From contig OY969724.1 in assembly GCA_963702205.1 (NCBI GenBank), positions 2,400,001 to 2,464,000 of the forward strand: a stretch of DNA of 64,000 nucleotides, written 5' to 3'. Shown in pieces: positions 48,198 to 58,943 of the stretch (the first letter of the stretch is position 1; each line of letters starts with the position of its first letter). A program made the position numbers and the translations under genes. The notes under the pieces are model-generated. The model had not been told where the DNA came from, did not search any database, and saw nothing but the letters and a program-made list of their open reading frames with translations. Source of the DNA: an uncultured candidate division Zixibacteria bacterium. Lineage in GTDB: Bacteria; Zixibacteria; MSB-5A5; GN15; PGXB01.

Positions 48198-51194
48198 ATG
48201 ACTGATCCTGTAAAAGACAAAATTAGCCGTCCCGATACATTCGATTTCGTAAACGCCGCTATCGCTGCGGCAGTGCTGATTTTCTCGTTCATTATTTTCG
48301 ATTTGACCAAAGCGCCGAGTGTTTCGTTCTGGGATTGCGGCGAATTTATAACTTGTGCCAAAATTCTCGGCGTGGCGCATCCGCCGGGCAATCCTCTTTA
48401 TGCTTTAATATCGCGTATATTTGCCGTCCTGCCAATCGCGGCCGATTTCGCGGTCCGGGTTAATCTGGTGTCCGTGGTCTTTTCGGCATTGACGGCATTG
48501 TTCGGGTATCTGGTCGCGGTGAGGCTGCTGCGGTCGTGGTATGAAGATCAAAATTCGTGGCAGAACAGAATAATTATATATATTGGCGGCTTCACCGGTT
48601 CGCTGTTCATGATATTTGCCAATACCGTCTGGGATAACGGGGTGGAGGCCGAAGTCTATGCCATGGCCATGATGATGATGATGGCTTTCTACTGGCTGGC
48701 TTTGCGCTATCTGGAATGCCGGGATTCATCCAAGGCCGGGCGGCTGATGCTTATGGCGATCTATGTCGCGATGCTGAGCGTGGGAGTGCATCTGACGGCG
48801 TACATTGTCGTGCCGGTCCTGGCTTTTTATTTAATATTCAGGAAGGACGTCGGCAGCCGGCAGTGGGTGCTGCTGTCGATGTATTTCATAGTCGAACTGC
48901 TGCTGATCATGCTTTTGTCGGCGCGTCCTGACGAGCTCCCGGTTTACCTTCCGACTTTAGTCGTGGCGGTTTTATATCTGTTCCATGCGTTGTATATTGG
49001 TAAGTTCGAGCAGCCGATAATTATCACCCTGGGCTTGTTTTTGTTCGCATCGCTGCCATTTTTATTTTACCTCTTAAGTGTCGCCTCAGGGAGTTCGCAG
49101 GTATTTCTTAATAATGTCCCGCTGGCATCGATCGGGCAGGTGTTATTGTTGGCGTGGGCCATTTATAGCTGGTATCAATATTTGACGAACCGAAAAGGCA
49201 AGAACGCGATTGTCTGGATGTTGGCCGGATCGTACGGTGCCGCACCCGCAATTTTGGCCGTAATCGGTACGTTCGCCCACGGATATTATGCATTTTTGGT
49301 CCTGTCCGGGTTGATAGCAATCGGGCTCGCGATTTTGATCTGGCGCGATATAAATCCGGACATATTGATTGCGGTCGGTTCGGTATCGCTGATAATTCTC
49401 GGCTTCTGGCAGTTTATCTGGGGAATGATTATCGGGGGAATAGTCCTGGCTTTGCTGGGCGCCGTGATCAGAAAAATAGGCTGGAAAATTGCGCTTAGTA
49501 TAATTTTGATGTCGGCGATAGCGTGGTCGGTGCACGTGTTTATCCCGATCAGGTCGGCCCATCAGCCGTACATCAATGAAAATAATCCCTCGAAATCGTT
49601 AAGCCAGTTTGTCGGTTATCTGGAGCGCAAGCAGTACGGCAGCAAAACCATGACGGAGAGAATGTTTGCGCGCCGGGCGGAGTGGAAAAACCAGTTCGGG
49701 ACATTTCAGCGCCTGGGATTCTGGGGGTTCTTTGCCGAACAGTACGGTTTGACCGGGAGGAAGTTTTTTATTCCGCTGCTGCTCGGCTTAATCGGCATGT
49801 GGGAGGCGATTCGACGAAAACCCGGGCTGGGACTGCCGCTTTTGATTCTGGTGCTGGTGTGTACGGTGGGATTGATATTGTACATGAACTTCGCCGACGG
49901 AACGCGCGAGAATAAAGTCTATGCGATGGATTACATGGAAGTGCGCAACCGCGATTATTTCTTCACCCCCGGTTTTATGTTGTTCGGGCTGGCGATTGGG
50001 CTGGGGATTGCGGGCGTGCTAGATATTATCCGCGAAGCGGCCAGAGGCCTGGGGAAGAAAGTCGGAAATATCGGGTTTGCGGCGGCATCGCTGCTGGTCC
50101 TGATGCCGATTTTCCCGGTCGCGAACAACTATTTTTATAATGACCGTTCGCGTAATTTCATGGCTTTCGATTATTCCGATAATTACCTGAAATCTTGTCG
50201 CCCCAATGCGATTCTTATTACCAATGGTGACAATGATACCTTTCCGGTCTGGTGTTTACAGCAGGTGTATGGCATTCGCAAGGATGTGAAAATCGTCAAT
50301 TTGTCGTTGGGAAACACCGGGTGGTATATCAGGCAGCTCCGCGACCAACGGGGTGTCCCGATGACGTTTAACGATGCGCAGCTGGAGCATCTCCGGAGTA
50401 TTGTCACACCGAGCGGGGCGGTTTTCAGAATACAGGACCAGCTGGTTGACAACATTATCCAGGCCAACCGCTGGAAGTATCCGATTCAGATGACCTTTAC
50501 GGTACCGCCGGAAAGTCGTCGGTATCAGGGGAAAACGCTCGACAGCAATCTGACGCTCGAGGGGATGGCTTTCACGCTTGTTCCCAACGCCGACGAACCG
50601 GATATAAATTTCGAGCTGACCAGGAAGTTGTTTATGCACGATTTTAATTATCGGGGAATAAACGATCCGACTATTTACCAGAATGAAAGCACGGTGCGAC
50701 TGCTGAATAATTATGCCCAGGGGTTTATCCTGCTGGCCGATTCCTTGAAGAGAGCCGGTGACATCGAGGGGTGCTACGAAATTCTGAATCGGGGTATCGA
50801 AGTCATTCCCGAAGCTTTTGACCTTTATGCATATGAAACACAGGTGTTCGCCGATATCGGGAAGTTAGATACGCTCGATACATTCGTGGAAGAGGCCCCG
50901 ACCGACCGTAAGAAAGAACTGTACTTCAATTACGCGGCTGCGGCCCGGTATAACGGTCGTTATGACGAAGCCAAAAGTGTGCTGGTCAAAGTGCTGGAAA
51001 GATGGCCGGACTATTCCGATGCGTATAAACAACTCATGAATCTTTATTACCAGGATGCGCAGTACGATATGCTGGGCAATCTGCTGCACGACTGGCTGAC
51101 TCGTCATCCGAATGACACGGAGTCTCAACAGTTGGTCAGACAGCTCGACAAAATCAGAAAAGCGGATACCGGGGCGGCAAGGCGGGCTCCGTGA
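48198..51194 (+). CDS. DUF2723/TMEM260-like GT-C glycosyltransferase with C-terminal TPRs
   Basis: SFWDCGEF...HPPGNPLY, EAEVY, RNRDYFF, GDNDTFP; many TM helices; TPR-like tail. Confidence 0.85.
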   Translation: MTDPVKDKISRPDTFDFVNAAIAAAVLIFSFIIFDLTKAPSVSFWDCGEFITCAKILGVAHPPGNPLYALISRIFAVLPIAADFAVRVNLVSVVFSALTALFGYLVAVRLLRSWYEDQNSWQNRIIIYIGGFTGSLFMIFANTVWDNGVEAEVYAMAMMMMMAFYWLALRYLECRDSSKAGRLMLMAIYVAMLSVGVHLTAYIVVPVLAFYLIFRKDVGSRQWVLLSMYFIVELLLIMLLSARPDELPVYLPTLVVAVLYLFHALYIGKFEQPIIITLGLFLFASLPFLFYLLSVASGSSQVFLNNVPLASIGQVLLLAWAIYSWYQYLTNRKGKNAIVWMLAGSYGAAPAILAVIGTFAHGYYAFLVLSGLIAIGLAILIWRDINPDILIAVGSVSLIILGFWQFIWGMIIGGIVLALLGAVIRKIGWKIALSIILMSAIAWSVHVFIPIRSAHQPYINENNPSKSLSQFVGYLERKQYGSKTMTERMFARRAEWKNQFGTFQRLGFWGFFAEQYGLTGRKFFIPLLLGLIGMWEAIRRKPGLGLPLLILVLVCTVGLILYMNFADGTRENKVYAMDYMEVRNRDYFFTPGFMLFGLAIGLGIAGVLDIIREAARGLGKKVGNIGFAAASLLVLMPIFPVANNYFYNDRSRNFMAFDYSDNYLKSCRPNAILITNGDNDTFPVWCLQQVYGIRKDVKIVNLSLGNTGWYIRQLRDQRGVPMTFNDAQLEHLRSIVTPSGAVFRIQDQLVDNIIQANRWKYPIQMTFTVPPESRRYQGKTLDSNLTLEGMAFTLVPNADEPDINFELTRKLFMHDFNYRGINDPTIYQNESTVRLLNNYAQGFILLADSLKRAGDIEGCYEILNRGIEVIPEAFDLYAYETQVFADIGKLDTLDTFVEEAPTDRKKELYFNYAAAARYNGRYDEAKSVLVKVLERWPDYSDAYKQLMNLYYQDAQYDMLGNLLHDWLTRHPNDTESQQLVRQLDKIRKADTGAARRAP

Positions 51195-52303
51195 GGATTC
51201 TGGCTTTAAACTGGCAGGACCGGGCCAATCCTCAGGCCGGGGGAGCGGAAGTACATCTGGAGGAACTTCTCAGCCGCATCGTGGCGAGAGGGCACGAAGC
51301 GACTCTGCTCTGCTCCGGCTACCAAAGCGGAGCGGCGGAAGAGAGGGTCCGGGGGATAAATATCATCCGGCGCGGATCGCGCCATAATTTCAATATAGTG
51401 GCGCCGTTTTATTTGAAGCCTCTGGTGAGAAAAGGCAATTTCGATCTTTTATTCGAAGACATAAATAAAATTCCGTTCTATACGCCGCTGTTCGTTAATA
51501 TTCCGACGCTGGTGCACATCCCGCATTTGTTCTCGAAGTCGATTTACCGGGAGACGAATTTTATCACGGCGACGTACGTTTATCTCAACGAACTGCCGCT
51601 GTTCTCGTTTTATAAAGGTGTGAAGTTCAACACGGTGTCGCAATCGACGGCTCTGGATATCGCCTCGCACGGAGTTCCGAAAGAAGATATTTCGATAGTT
51701 TATAACGGCGTCGATAATGACGTTTACAATTTTGATCCTAAACTAAAAAAGTTCGAAGAGCCGACAATATTATATCTGGGCCGGGTCAAAAAATACAAGT
51801 CGGTCGATCATGTCATTCTCGGGTACCAGAAAGTACTGGAAACGCTGCCGGAGGCGCATTTGAAAATCATGGGCGACGGCGATTATCTGGAGGCACTGAA
51901 AAGACTGGCGGTCAGGATCGGGCTGGGGGACAAGGTCGAATTTCTGGGCTATGTCGATCGGGCGACCAAAGTCGATTTGCTGCGCAGGAGTCACGTGGCG
52001 GTTCATCCATCCGTAAAAGAAGGCTGGGGGCTGACCAATATCGAAGCCAACGCCTGCGGGACGGCGGTGGTCGCGGCCGATTCGCCGGGATTGCGCGATT
52101 CGGTGGTCGACGATGAAACGGGATTTTTGTATCCGTACGGTGACATAGATGCGCTGGCATCGAAGCTGGTTAAAATGCTAAGCGATTCCGAAACCCGGGC
52201 GAGGCTTGAAAAGGGCGGTCTGGAATGGTCGAGGAAGTTCCGGTGGGACAGATCATCGGTTGAAATAGAAGAATTGATGCAATCAATTGTGAATGGTGCA
52301 TAA
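51191..52303 (+). CDS. Glycosyltransferase family 4
   Basis: GGAE, NGVD, YLGRVKKYK, EGWGLTNIEA. Confidence 0.92.
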   Translation: MRILALNWQDRANPQAGGAEVHLEELLSRIVARGHEATLLCSGYQSGAAEERVRGINIIRRGSRHNFNIVAPFYLKPLVRKGNFDLLFEDINKIPFYTPLFVNIPTLVHIPHLFSKSIYRETNFITATYVYLNELPLFSFYKGVKFNTVSQSTALDIASHGVPKEDISIVYNGVDNDVYNFDPKLKKFEEPTILYLGRVKKYKSVDHVILGYQKVLETLPEAHLKIMGDGDYLEALKRLAVRIGLGDKVEFLGYVDRATKVDLLRRSHVAVHPSVKEGWGLTNIEANACGTAVVAADSPGLRDSVVDDETGFLYPYGDIDALASKLVKMLSDSETRARLEKGGLEWSRKFRWDRSSVEIEELMQSIVNGA

Positions 52304-53327
52304 GTGCAGGCAAGCCGGAAAAAAACTATTACGATTATACTGGGGATCGTAATTTCGGTCGGTACTGATCGGAATTATATTTTATAAAGTAGATTTCAAG
52401 GAACTGGGAGCGGCGTTGAGCCGGGCAAATTATGTCTGGATCTTGCCGAACCTATTCTTCGTTGTTTTCGCGATGTTTCAACGGGCCGAGCGCTGGAAGT
52501 ACATGCTGCTTCCGATTACAAGGGTGCCGTATAATAAGCTCCTGGCTGCGACGTGCATCGGGTTTATGGCCAACAACGTGCTGCCGTTGAGACTCGGCGA
52601 GTTCGTCCGGGCGTATTCGCTGTCCAAGCAGGCTCCGAAAGTGACCAAATCGGCGTCACTGGCCACGATTTTCGTCGAGCGTATGGTATTTGACCTGCTG
52701 GCGCTTCTCGGCATCCTGGCGGTCGTGCTTTTGATTGTCGAGTTGCCAGTCGATGACAAGTTTCAGTTCGGGGCGTTTTTGTCGCTGGCGATTGCGATGG
52801 TCGGGCTGATTTTTGCCGTCATTCTGGTGTTGAAACCGGAGGGGTCGAGTCGGCTGCTGACTAAATATCTATTCTTCCTGCCCAATAAAGTCACCGATGC
52901 CATATCCAACACTATCCTCAAATTCAGCAAAGGGCTGCTGTTTTTGAAAAGCTGGCGCTATACGGCGTGGGTCAGCGGGCATACGATTTTTCTCTGGCTG
53001 TTTATGGGCATCTCGAATATTTTCGTGTTCTACGCTTTCGGCTTTCATCTGCCGGTGTATGCATCGTACGTATTGCTGGTAGTCGTCTCGATTTCGATTT
53101 TGATTCCGTCATCGCCGGGTTTCGTGGGAGTTTATCATTACGGTGTTATCTGGACACTTAAATATTTCGGAGTCGATTACGAAAGCGCGCTGTCGTGCGC
53201 AATAGTGCTTCATGCCGCGCAGTTCATTCCCATCACGCTCATGGGCTTTTATTATTTGAAAAAGGAGCATCTTTCTTTAAGGCAGCTCGAACAGGAAGCA
53301 TTAAAGGACGATCCCAATGGTAAATGA
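52304..53327 (+). pseudogene. Lysylphosphatidylglycerol synthase TM / flippase-like protein with one-base frameshift near 52361
   Basis: GTG 52304 gives MQASRKKTITIILGIVISV; removing one G continues VLIGIIFYKVDF...RAERW...NNVLPLRLGE..R...ERMVFD...PSSPGFVG. Confidence 0.7.
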
Positions 53328-54042
53328 CGCGAAGCTGCTGGTGGTGCTCCCGGCGTACAACGAGGCCGGGAAAATAGGCCGGGTGGTGGAGAAGGTCAGG
53401 AAAGAAAAATCCGTGAATGAAATTGTCGTTGTCGATGATTGTTCGTCGGATGCTACGTCGGAAGAGGCTAAAGCCGCCGGCGCGACGGTGATACGTCACG
53501 AAGTCAACCGGGGTGTCGGAGCCGGGATCAGAAGCGGTATAAATTACGGGATTAAAAATAATTTTGACATTTGCGCGATATTATCGGGAGACGATCAGCA
53601 CGAGCCGACCGAAATCGATAGAGTGATTGGGCCGATTGTGGCCGAGGAGTATGATTTTATACAGGGGTCGCGGCGGCTTAAAGGAGGCCGGGTGGTCAAT
53701 GACAAGCCGTTTCGGATGGTGACGACGCAGCTTTATTCTTTGTTTTTTTCGATTCTAGTAATGAAGCGGATTACGGACGCCACCAACGGATTTCGGGCGT
53801 TTAAGCTGTCGATATTCAAAAATCCCGAGTTCGACATCGAGCAGTCGTGGCTTGACAGGTATGAGCTGGAACCATATATATTATACAAAGCCGTGAAAAG
53901 TAAAAATATCCGGCTTAAAGAAGTCCCGATAACGATATATTATCATCAGGCGGGGCGGGAATATACCAAGATGCGGCCGTTTCATGACTGGTGGCGGCTG
54001 GCGAGGCCGATGATATTCCTGGCGTTGAAGATAAGGAAGTAG
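53317..54042 (+). CDS. GT2, polyprenol-phosphate sugar synthase-like
   Basis: LPAYNE, VDDCSSD, NRGVG, QGSR, TDATNGFRAF. Confidence 0.88.
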   Translation: MVNDAKLLVVLPAYNEAGKIGRVVEKVRKEKSVNEIVVVDDCSSDATSEEAKAAGATVIRHEVNRGVGAGIRSGINYGIKNNFDICAILSGDDQHEPTEIDRVIGPIVAEEYDFIQGSRRLKGGRVVNDKPFRMVTTQLYSLFFSILVMKRITDATNGFRAFKLSIFKNPEFDIEQSWLDRYELEPYILYKAVKSKNIRLKEVPITIYYHQAGREYTKMRPFHDWWRLARPMIFLALKIRK

Positions 54043-54043
54043 C

Positions 54044-55009
54044 ATGATAAAAATAAACTTTACCGGCAAAACGGTTCTGGTGACCGGGGGTGCGGGATTT
54101 ATAGGCTCCAATGTCGTGGCGCGGATAGTGCGCACGGGCGGCAAGGTGATCGTGCTGGACGACCTGTTTACCGGGAGTCGGGATAATATCGACAAAGATA
54201 TCCCATACGAGTTCATCGAGGGCTCCGTGTGTGATTACGATCTTGTGCGCGATCTTATGGCCCGCTCGGATCACGTCTGTCACCTGGCGGCGCGAAATAT
54301 CATTATTTCGACCAAAAACCCGATGGAAGATTACAAGGTCAATATCGGGGGGACGCTCAATATCCTTATGGCGGCGCGGGAAACCAAACCACAGAGGATT
54401 GTTTATTCCTCGTCGGCGTCGATTTACGGCAACCCGCGTCTGCTACCGATTCCGGAGGACGAAGCGCCGGTGACTTTTTCGCCGTATTCGGTATCGAAAC
54501 TGGCGGGAGAGAATTATTGCTATGCCTTCTATGAGACGTTTTTCGTGCCGGTGGGGGTCGTGCGTTATTCCAATATATATGGACCGAAACAAAATCCGGC
54601 TAATCCTTACTGCGGTGTCATTTCAAAATTCATCGCGGCCATCGATGAGGGCAGGGCGCCCTCGGTGCACGGTGACGGAATGCAGACAAGGGATTTTACG
54701 TACGTCGATGATGCCGTCGACGGAACGTTGTCGGCTCTGTTGTCGCCCCGTGCCGAAGGAATGTCTTTCAATATAGGGTCCGGCACGGAATCGACGATAA
54801 TGGAGTTGATCGGACATCTGGCCGATCTTATGGGCAAAGACATCACGCCGGAGCATATCGACCGCCGGGATATAGATAATATCCGCCGCCGGGTGCTCAA
54901 CATCGAGCGGGCCCGGACCAGACTGCGGTGGCAGCCTCAGGTGACGTTCCGCGAGGGTTTGAGACGCACGGTAGAATGGTATAAAACTCTTAATCGTAAG
55001 CCGGGCTAA
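54044..55009 (+). CDS. NAD-dependent nucleotide-sugar epimerase/dehydratase
   Basis: TGGAGFIG, SSSAS, YSVSK, GDGMQTRDF. Confidence 0.92.
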   Translation: MIKINFTGKTVLVTGGAGFIGSNVVARIVRTGGKVIVLDDLFTGSRDNIDKDIPYEFIEGSVCDYDLVRDLMARSDHVCHLAARNIIISTKNPMEDYKVNIGGTLNILMAARETKPQRIVYSSSASIYGNPRLLPIPEDEAPVTFSPYSVSKLAGENYCYAFYETFFVPVGVVRYSNIYGPKQNPANPYCGVISKFIAAIDEGRAPSVHGDGMQTRDFTYVDDAVDGTLSALLSPRAEGMSFNIGSGTESTIMELIGHLADLMGKDITPEHIDRRDIDNIRRRVLNIERARTRLRWQPQVTFREGLRRTVEWYKTLNRKPG

Positions 55010-55022
55010 TTTTCAGGCTCTT

Positions 55023-57248
55023 ATGTCTTCGCACGTGCCGATCAGAAAAGTTCTTCTGGGTTTCTTGGTTGCATCGTTAATTATACGCCTGCTGTTTATT
55101 TTTAGCAAAGATCAGCCACCGGTAATGTGGGACGCGCGCATTTATTCCTCGTGCGCCGTCGGATTATTGGATTATGTAGAGAACGGGGGCACGTACGGTC
55201 ATCCCGAAAGATATCAGGCAGCGGATTCGTTGATAGATCGGGCCGAATTCGTCACGGCCATGCAGAAATATATCAAGGGCGAATGGATCGAATGGTTGTA
55301 CTATTCACAACCGAACCTGGCCCAGGCGCAGGAATATATATTTCTTTCGGGGCCGGTCTATCCGGCTCTTTTGGCGGCGGTTTTCGCGACCAATGTCGGG
55401 ACAGATTTCGAAATCGTACGGGTCATAAATTGCATCGTCGATTCGATTTCGGCGGTACTTATGATGATGATAGCGGTGCGCCTGTTCGGGCGAAAGATAG
55501 CAATTCTGGCCGGGATATTGTATGCCGTATATCTGCCGTTTATAATGCAGTGCGGCGTTATAACACCGGACCTGTTGACGACATTTTTGATTCTTCTGAC
55601 GTTGCTTTTAATCCTGGAATTTTATGAGAAGAAGAAACCGCTCTATTTGTACCTGACCGGGATGTGTCTTGGGCTTCTGGCGCTGAATAAGCCGACGGCG
55701 TCGCTTTTATTCGTGCCTTTTATCGCCGGATTCTTGTACGATCAGAGAGATAATATTAAAGGGGCGCTTATATCGATACTTAAAGCGGCGGTGCCGTTTG
55801 CGATAGTGTTGATTCCGTGGGCGGTGATAAGTACGTCGTATTACGGGCAGCTGTCTATTCGCGACCCGGAGTACTCCGGGGCTAATTTCCGGTCGAGTTC
55901 TTCGATAAAATATGAAGGGTACGATCTCGATTATACGGAACCTGATTTCTGGACATACCCGGTCGGTCACATGATTTTGGAGGACCCGGTCGGATACGCA
56001 CATCTGCTGGTCAAGAAGTTTAACCGGCTTTGGCAGAAGCCGTATAATGATTTCAAGGAATCGTTTGTGATTGGTCCGGGTTTGTCGCGGGGATTTCATT
56101 TTGTTATCGTTCTGGCCGGTTTGTTCGGCGTTTTTTATTGTTTCTTCAGAAGGAAGAGAGGATATTTATATCTGTTTCTGATACCGGCGTACTATACGAT
56201 AGTGCATATGATCTTTCATTCGCTGCCTCGCTATAATCTTAATGCCATGCCGCTTATGATATTGGCGGCGGCAGTAGTATTTATTGCGATTTATAGGTAT
56301 ATCAAAGACCGAAAAGACAATGGCAGAGTATTGGTGATTACCGCAATTATGATCTTTGCATTTATCCTGCCGGTGTCATTTGATGCGGAAACAACCGGCG
56401 GCATGACCGGGGCGGTCATGATGATTGCGCTGAAGATTATATTGTTAGTGTCGGGACTTTATGTCTTGTACGTTTTAATAATGCCCCTGTTTGAAAAGGC
56501 ACGGGCAAGGAATCTAATTTTGTGGCCGGGTGTGATATTGACGGTCGGCCTGTTGGTGGCGGTTTCGGCGTCGGACAGCTGGGCCGAGTGGAAGGTCCGT
56601 CTGGATCGGCCGGGACAGAAAGCGGGGATTAGAATTTATGTGCCGGATGATATTCGTCTGGTGGATGGGGAGTTGTTCAGAATCGGCATAGATATAACGG
56701 CGCTTCGCGATAAATACGACCTATTCTATGTTACTTTGAACGGTGAGAAGGTCGGATTTTTGGCCGGGGCGAAGCCTCTGACCGATTACTATTATCCCAA
56801 GTTCGGATATACGGTTTTCGAACGAATGCTCGATATACCCAAAGTGGAGATGCGATCGTGGTCTTTTATCAGCATGGATCCGCAGGCGTTCAATTATATG
56901 CTGGATCGCGACGGCTATATCGGGATCGAGCTGGAATGCAGTGATTCGCTCGCCGCTGACGGGGGCTATATTGACTTTTACGGGGGCTATAAAACGGCCG
57001 CGAAAAATCATTTGTATTTGCCGGGGACACATTATTCGTCGGCGGAGCGTCTGTTAGACAAAGGCGACCCGAGGATCTGGCTGGATTATAAACTTTCCTC
57101 TGATTCCGCGATTTCATATTATATTGACGGGAAGACGGAAATGCGACCGACGCGGGATGATCTTTCGGACGCGTTCGGCCGTCAGCGCGGCCGCTATCAT
57201 GTCATTGTCGAGATCAAGCGGCTGGACAAGAACAGGAATTATTTTTAG
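55023..57248 (+). CDS. GT-C (PMT/ArnT-like) membrane glycosyltransferase
   Basis: WDARIY loop after TM1, GPVYP, multiple TM helices, PRY motif. Confidence 0.72.
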   Translation: MSSHVPIRKVLLGFLVASLIIRLLFIFSKDQPPVMWDARIYSSCAVGLLDYVENGGTYGHPERYQAADSLIDRAEFVTAMQKYIKGEWIEWLYYSQPNLAQAQEYIFLSGPVYPALLAAVFATNVGTDFEIVRVINCIVDSISAVLMMMIAVRLFGRKIAILAGILYAVYLPFIMQCGVITPDLLTTFLILLTLLLILEFYEKKKPLYLYLTGMCLGLLALNKPTASLLFVPFIAGFLYDQRDNIKGALISILKAAVPFAIVLIPWAVISTSYYGQLSIRDPEYSGANFRSSSSIKYEGYDLDYTEPDFWTYPVGHMILEDPVGYAHLLVKKFNRLWQKPYNDFKESFVIGPGLSRGFHFVIVLAGLFGVFYCFFRRKRGYLYLFLIPAYYTIVHMIFHSLPRYNLNAMPLMILAAAVVFIAIYRYIKDRKDNGRVLVITAIMIFAFILPVSFDAETTGGMTGAVMMIALKIILLVSGLYVLYVLIMPLFEKARARNLILWPGVILTVGLLVAVSASDSWAEWKVRLDRPGQKAGIRIYVPDDIRLVDGELFRIGIDITALRDKYDLFYVTLNGEKVGFLAGAKPLTDYYYPKFGYTVFERMLDIPKVEMRSWSFISMDPQAFNYMLDRDGYIGIELECSDSLAADGGYIDFYGGYKTAAKNHLYLPGTHYSSAERLLDKGDPRIWLDYKLSSDSAISYYIDGKTEMRPTRDDLSDAFGRQRGRYHVIVEIKRLDKNRNYF

Positions 57249-57258
57249 GAGTTTATAT

Positions 57259-58266
57259 ATGAATATCGGTGTCATCGGCTGCGGGTACTGGGGACCGAAT
57301 TTGATTCGGAATTTCAACGCCCTGAAAACCGCGAAAGTTATGGGTGTGTCGGACCTTAGGCCGGAAAGACTGGAATATGTTTCGCGATTGTATCCCGGTG
57401 TCGAAATCCTCGCGACCGATTGTAATGATATTTTGATGAGTGATAAAATCGACGCGGTCGTGATCGCGACGCCGGTTTCGACTCATTTCCCGCTGGCGAT
57501 GGAGGCTCTCGATCATGGCAAACACGTGCTTTTGGAAAAACCGCTGACGGCGACCTCGGAGCAGGCCGAAGTCTTGATAGAGACGGCTGAAAGAAAAAAG
57601 CTGGTCCTGATGGTCGATCATACGTTTATCTATACCGGGGCGGTGCGCAAAATAAAGCAGATTATCGACAATGGTGACCTCGGCGATATTTACTATTTCG
57701 ATTCGGTGCGGGTTAACCTGGGGTTATTCCAACATGATGTCAATGTTATCTGGGACCTGGCGGCGCACGACGTATCAATTATGGATCACCTGCTGAGCCT
57801 TCCCCCTCGGGCAGTGTCGGCGACGGGGATGGCGCATTTTGAAGAAGATATTGAAAATATGGCTTATATCTCGGTGCAGTACGACAACAATATTATCGGG
57901 CACATCCATGTCAACTGGCTGGCCCCGGTGAAAGTCCGCAAGACGCTTATTTGCGGCTCGAAGAAGATGGTCGTCTATGACGATACCGAGCCATCGGAAA
58001 AAGTCAAAGTGTACGACAAAGGCGTCGATTACGTGGACAACAAAGAAGAGGTCTATAATATTCTCGTGCAATATCGAACCGGTGATATGACGGCGCCGCA
58101 TATCGACCTGACCGAGGCGCTGAATCTGATTTCGGCCGAATTCGTGGCGGCCATAGAGGAGAATCGCAAGCCGTTAACCGACGGAGCGGCCGGTTATCGG
58201 GTGGTGAGAATCCTCGAGGAAGCCAACAATTCCCTCCGGGCCGGAGGACGGGTGATCGAACTTTGA
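57259..58266 (+). CDS. Gfo/Idh/MocA family oxidoreductase
   Basis: GCGYWG, IATP..TH, KHVLLEKP, DLAAHD; AGGAG RBS. Confidence 0.92.
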   Translation: MNIGVIGCGYWGPNLIRNFNALKTAKVMGVSDLRPERLEYVSRLYPGVEILATDCNDILMSDKIDAVVIATPVSTHFPLAMEALDHGKHVLLEKPLTATSEQAEVLIETAERKKLVLMVDHTFIYTGAVRKIKQIIDNGDLGDIYYFDSVRVNLGLFQHDVNVIWDLAAHDVSIMDHLLSLPPRAVSATGMAHFEEDIENMAYISVQYDNNIIGHIHVNWLAPVKVRKTLICGSKKMVVYDDTEPSEKVKVYDKGVDYVDNKEEVYNILVQYRTGDMTAPHIDLTEALNLISAEFVAAIEENRKPLTDGAAGYRVVRILEEANNSLRAGGRVIEL

Positions 58267-58931
58267 AAAACGTGACGACAATCGGCGACGTCAAAATATA
58301 TGACAACGTCACGATCGGTGAAGGGTCGATCATATACGGTCCGGCCGTGCTCGGACAGCCGCCGCGCGGCAAGAGCGAAGGCGAATTAACTCTGGTGATC
58401 GGCAAGAATGCGATGATCCGTCCCTTTACGACTATCTATGCCGGGTCACAAATCGGGGATAATTTCCAGTGCGGGCAGGGCGCGTCGATCCGTGAGGATA
58501 ATAAGATTGGGAATAACGTATCGGTCGGAACACACGCGGTGCTCGAATATGAGAATCTTATCGGGGACAATACACGGATTCATACCGGCTGCTTTCTGGA
58601 AATGGTGACGTTGGGTAGGTACGTGTTTCTGGGGCCGCACGTCGTATTTACCGATGACCCGCATCCGATGGGTTGTCCGAAATGGAAAGAATGCGGGGGC
58701 GGAGCAATAGTCGGCGATATGGCTCGTATCGGGGCCAACTGCACGCTGCTGCCGGCGGTTAAAATCGGTAAAGAAGCGCTGATCGGAGCCGGATCGGTGG
58801 TTACCAAAGACGTCCCGGATAAGATGGTCGCGGCGGGCAATCCAGCCAAAGTGATCAAGTCGGTCGATGAATTGAAATGCTGGATCAACGCCTTCGAGCG
58901 GCCGTACGTCTGGCCGCCTGTACTCGGATAA
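58263..58931 (+). CDS. Hexapeptide-repeat sugar N-acetyltransferase
   Basis: Left-handed beta-helix repeats; IGAGSVVTKDVP..AGNPA. Confidence 0.88.
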   Translation: MKNVTTIGDVKIYDNVTIGEGSIIYGPAVLGQPPRGKSEGELTLVIGKNAMIRPFTTIYAGSQIGDNFQCGQGASIREDNKIGNNVSVGTHAVLEYENLIGDNTRIHTGCFLEMVTLGRYVFLGPHVVFTDDPHPMGCPKWKECGGGAIVGDMARIGANCTLLPAVKIGKEALIGAGSVVTKDVPDKMVAAGNPAKVIKSVDELKCWINAFERPYVWPPVLG

Positions 58932-58943
58932 ATAAGCTCTGTC

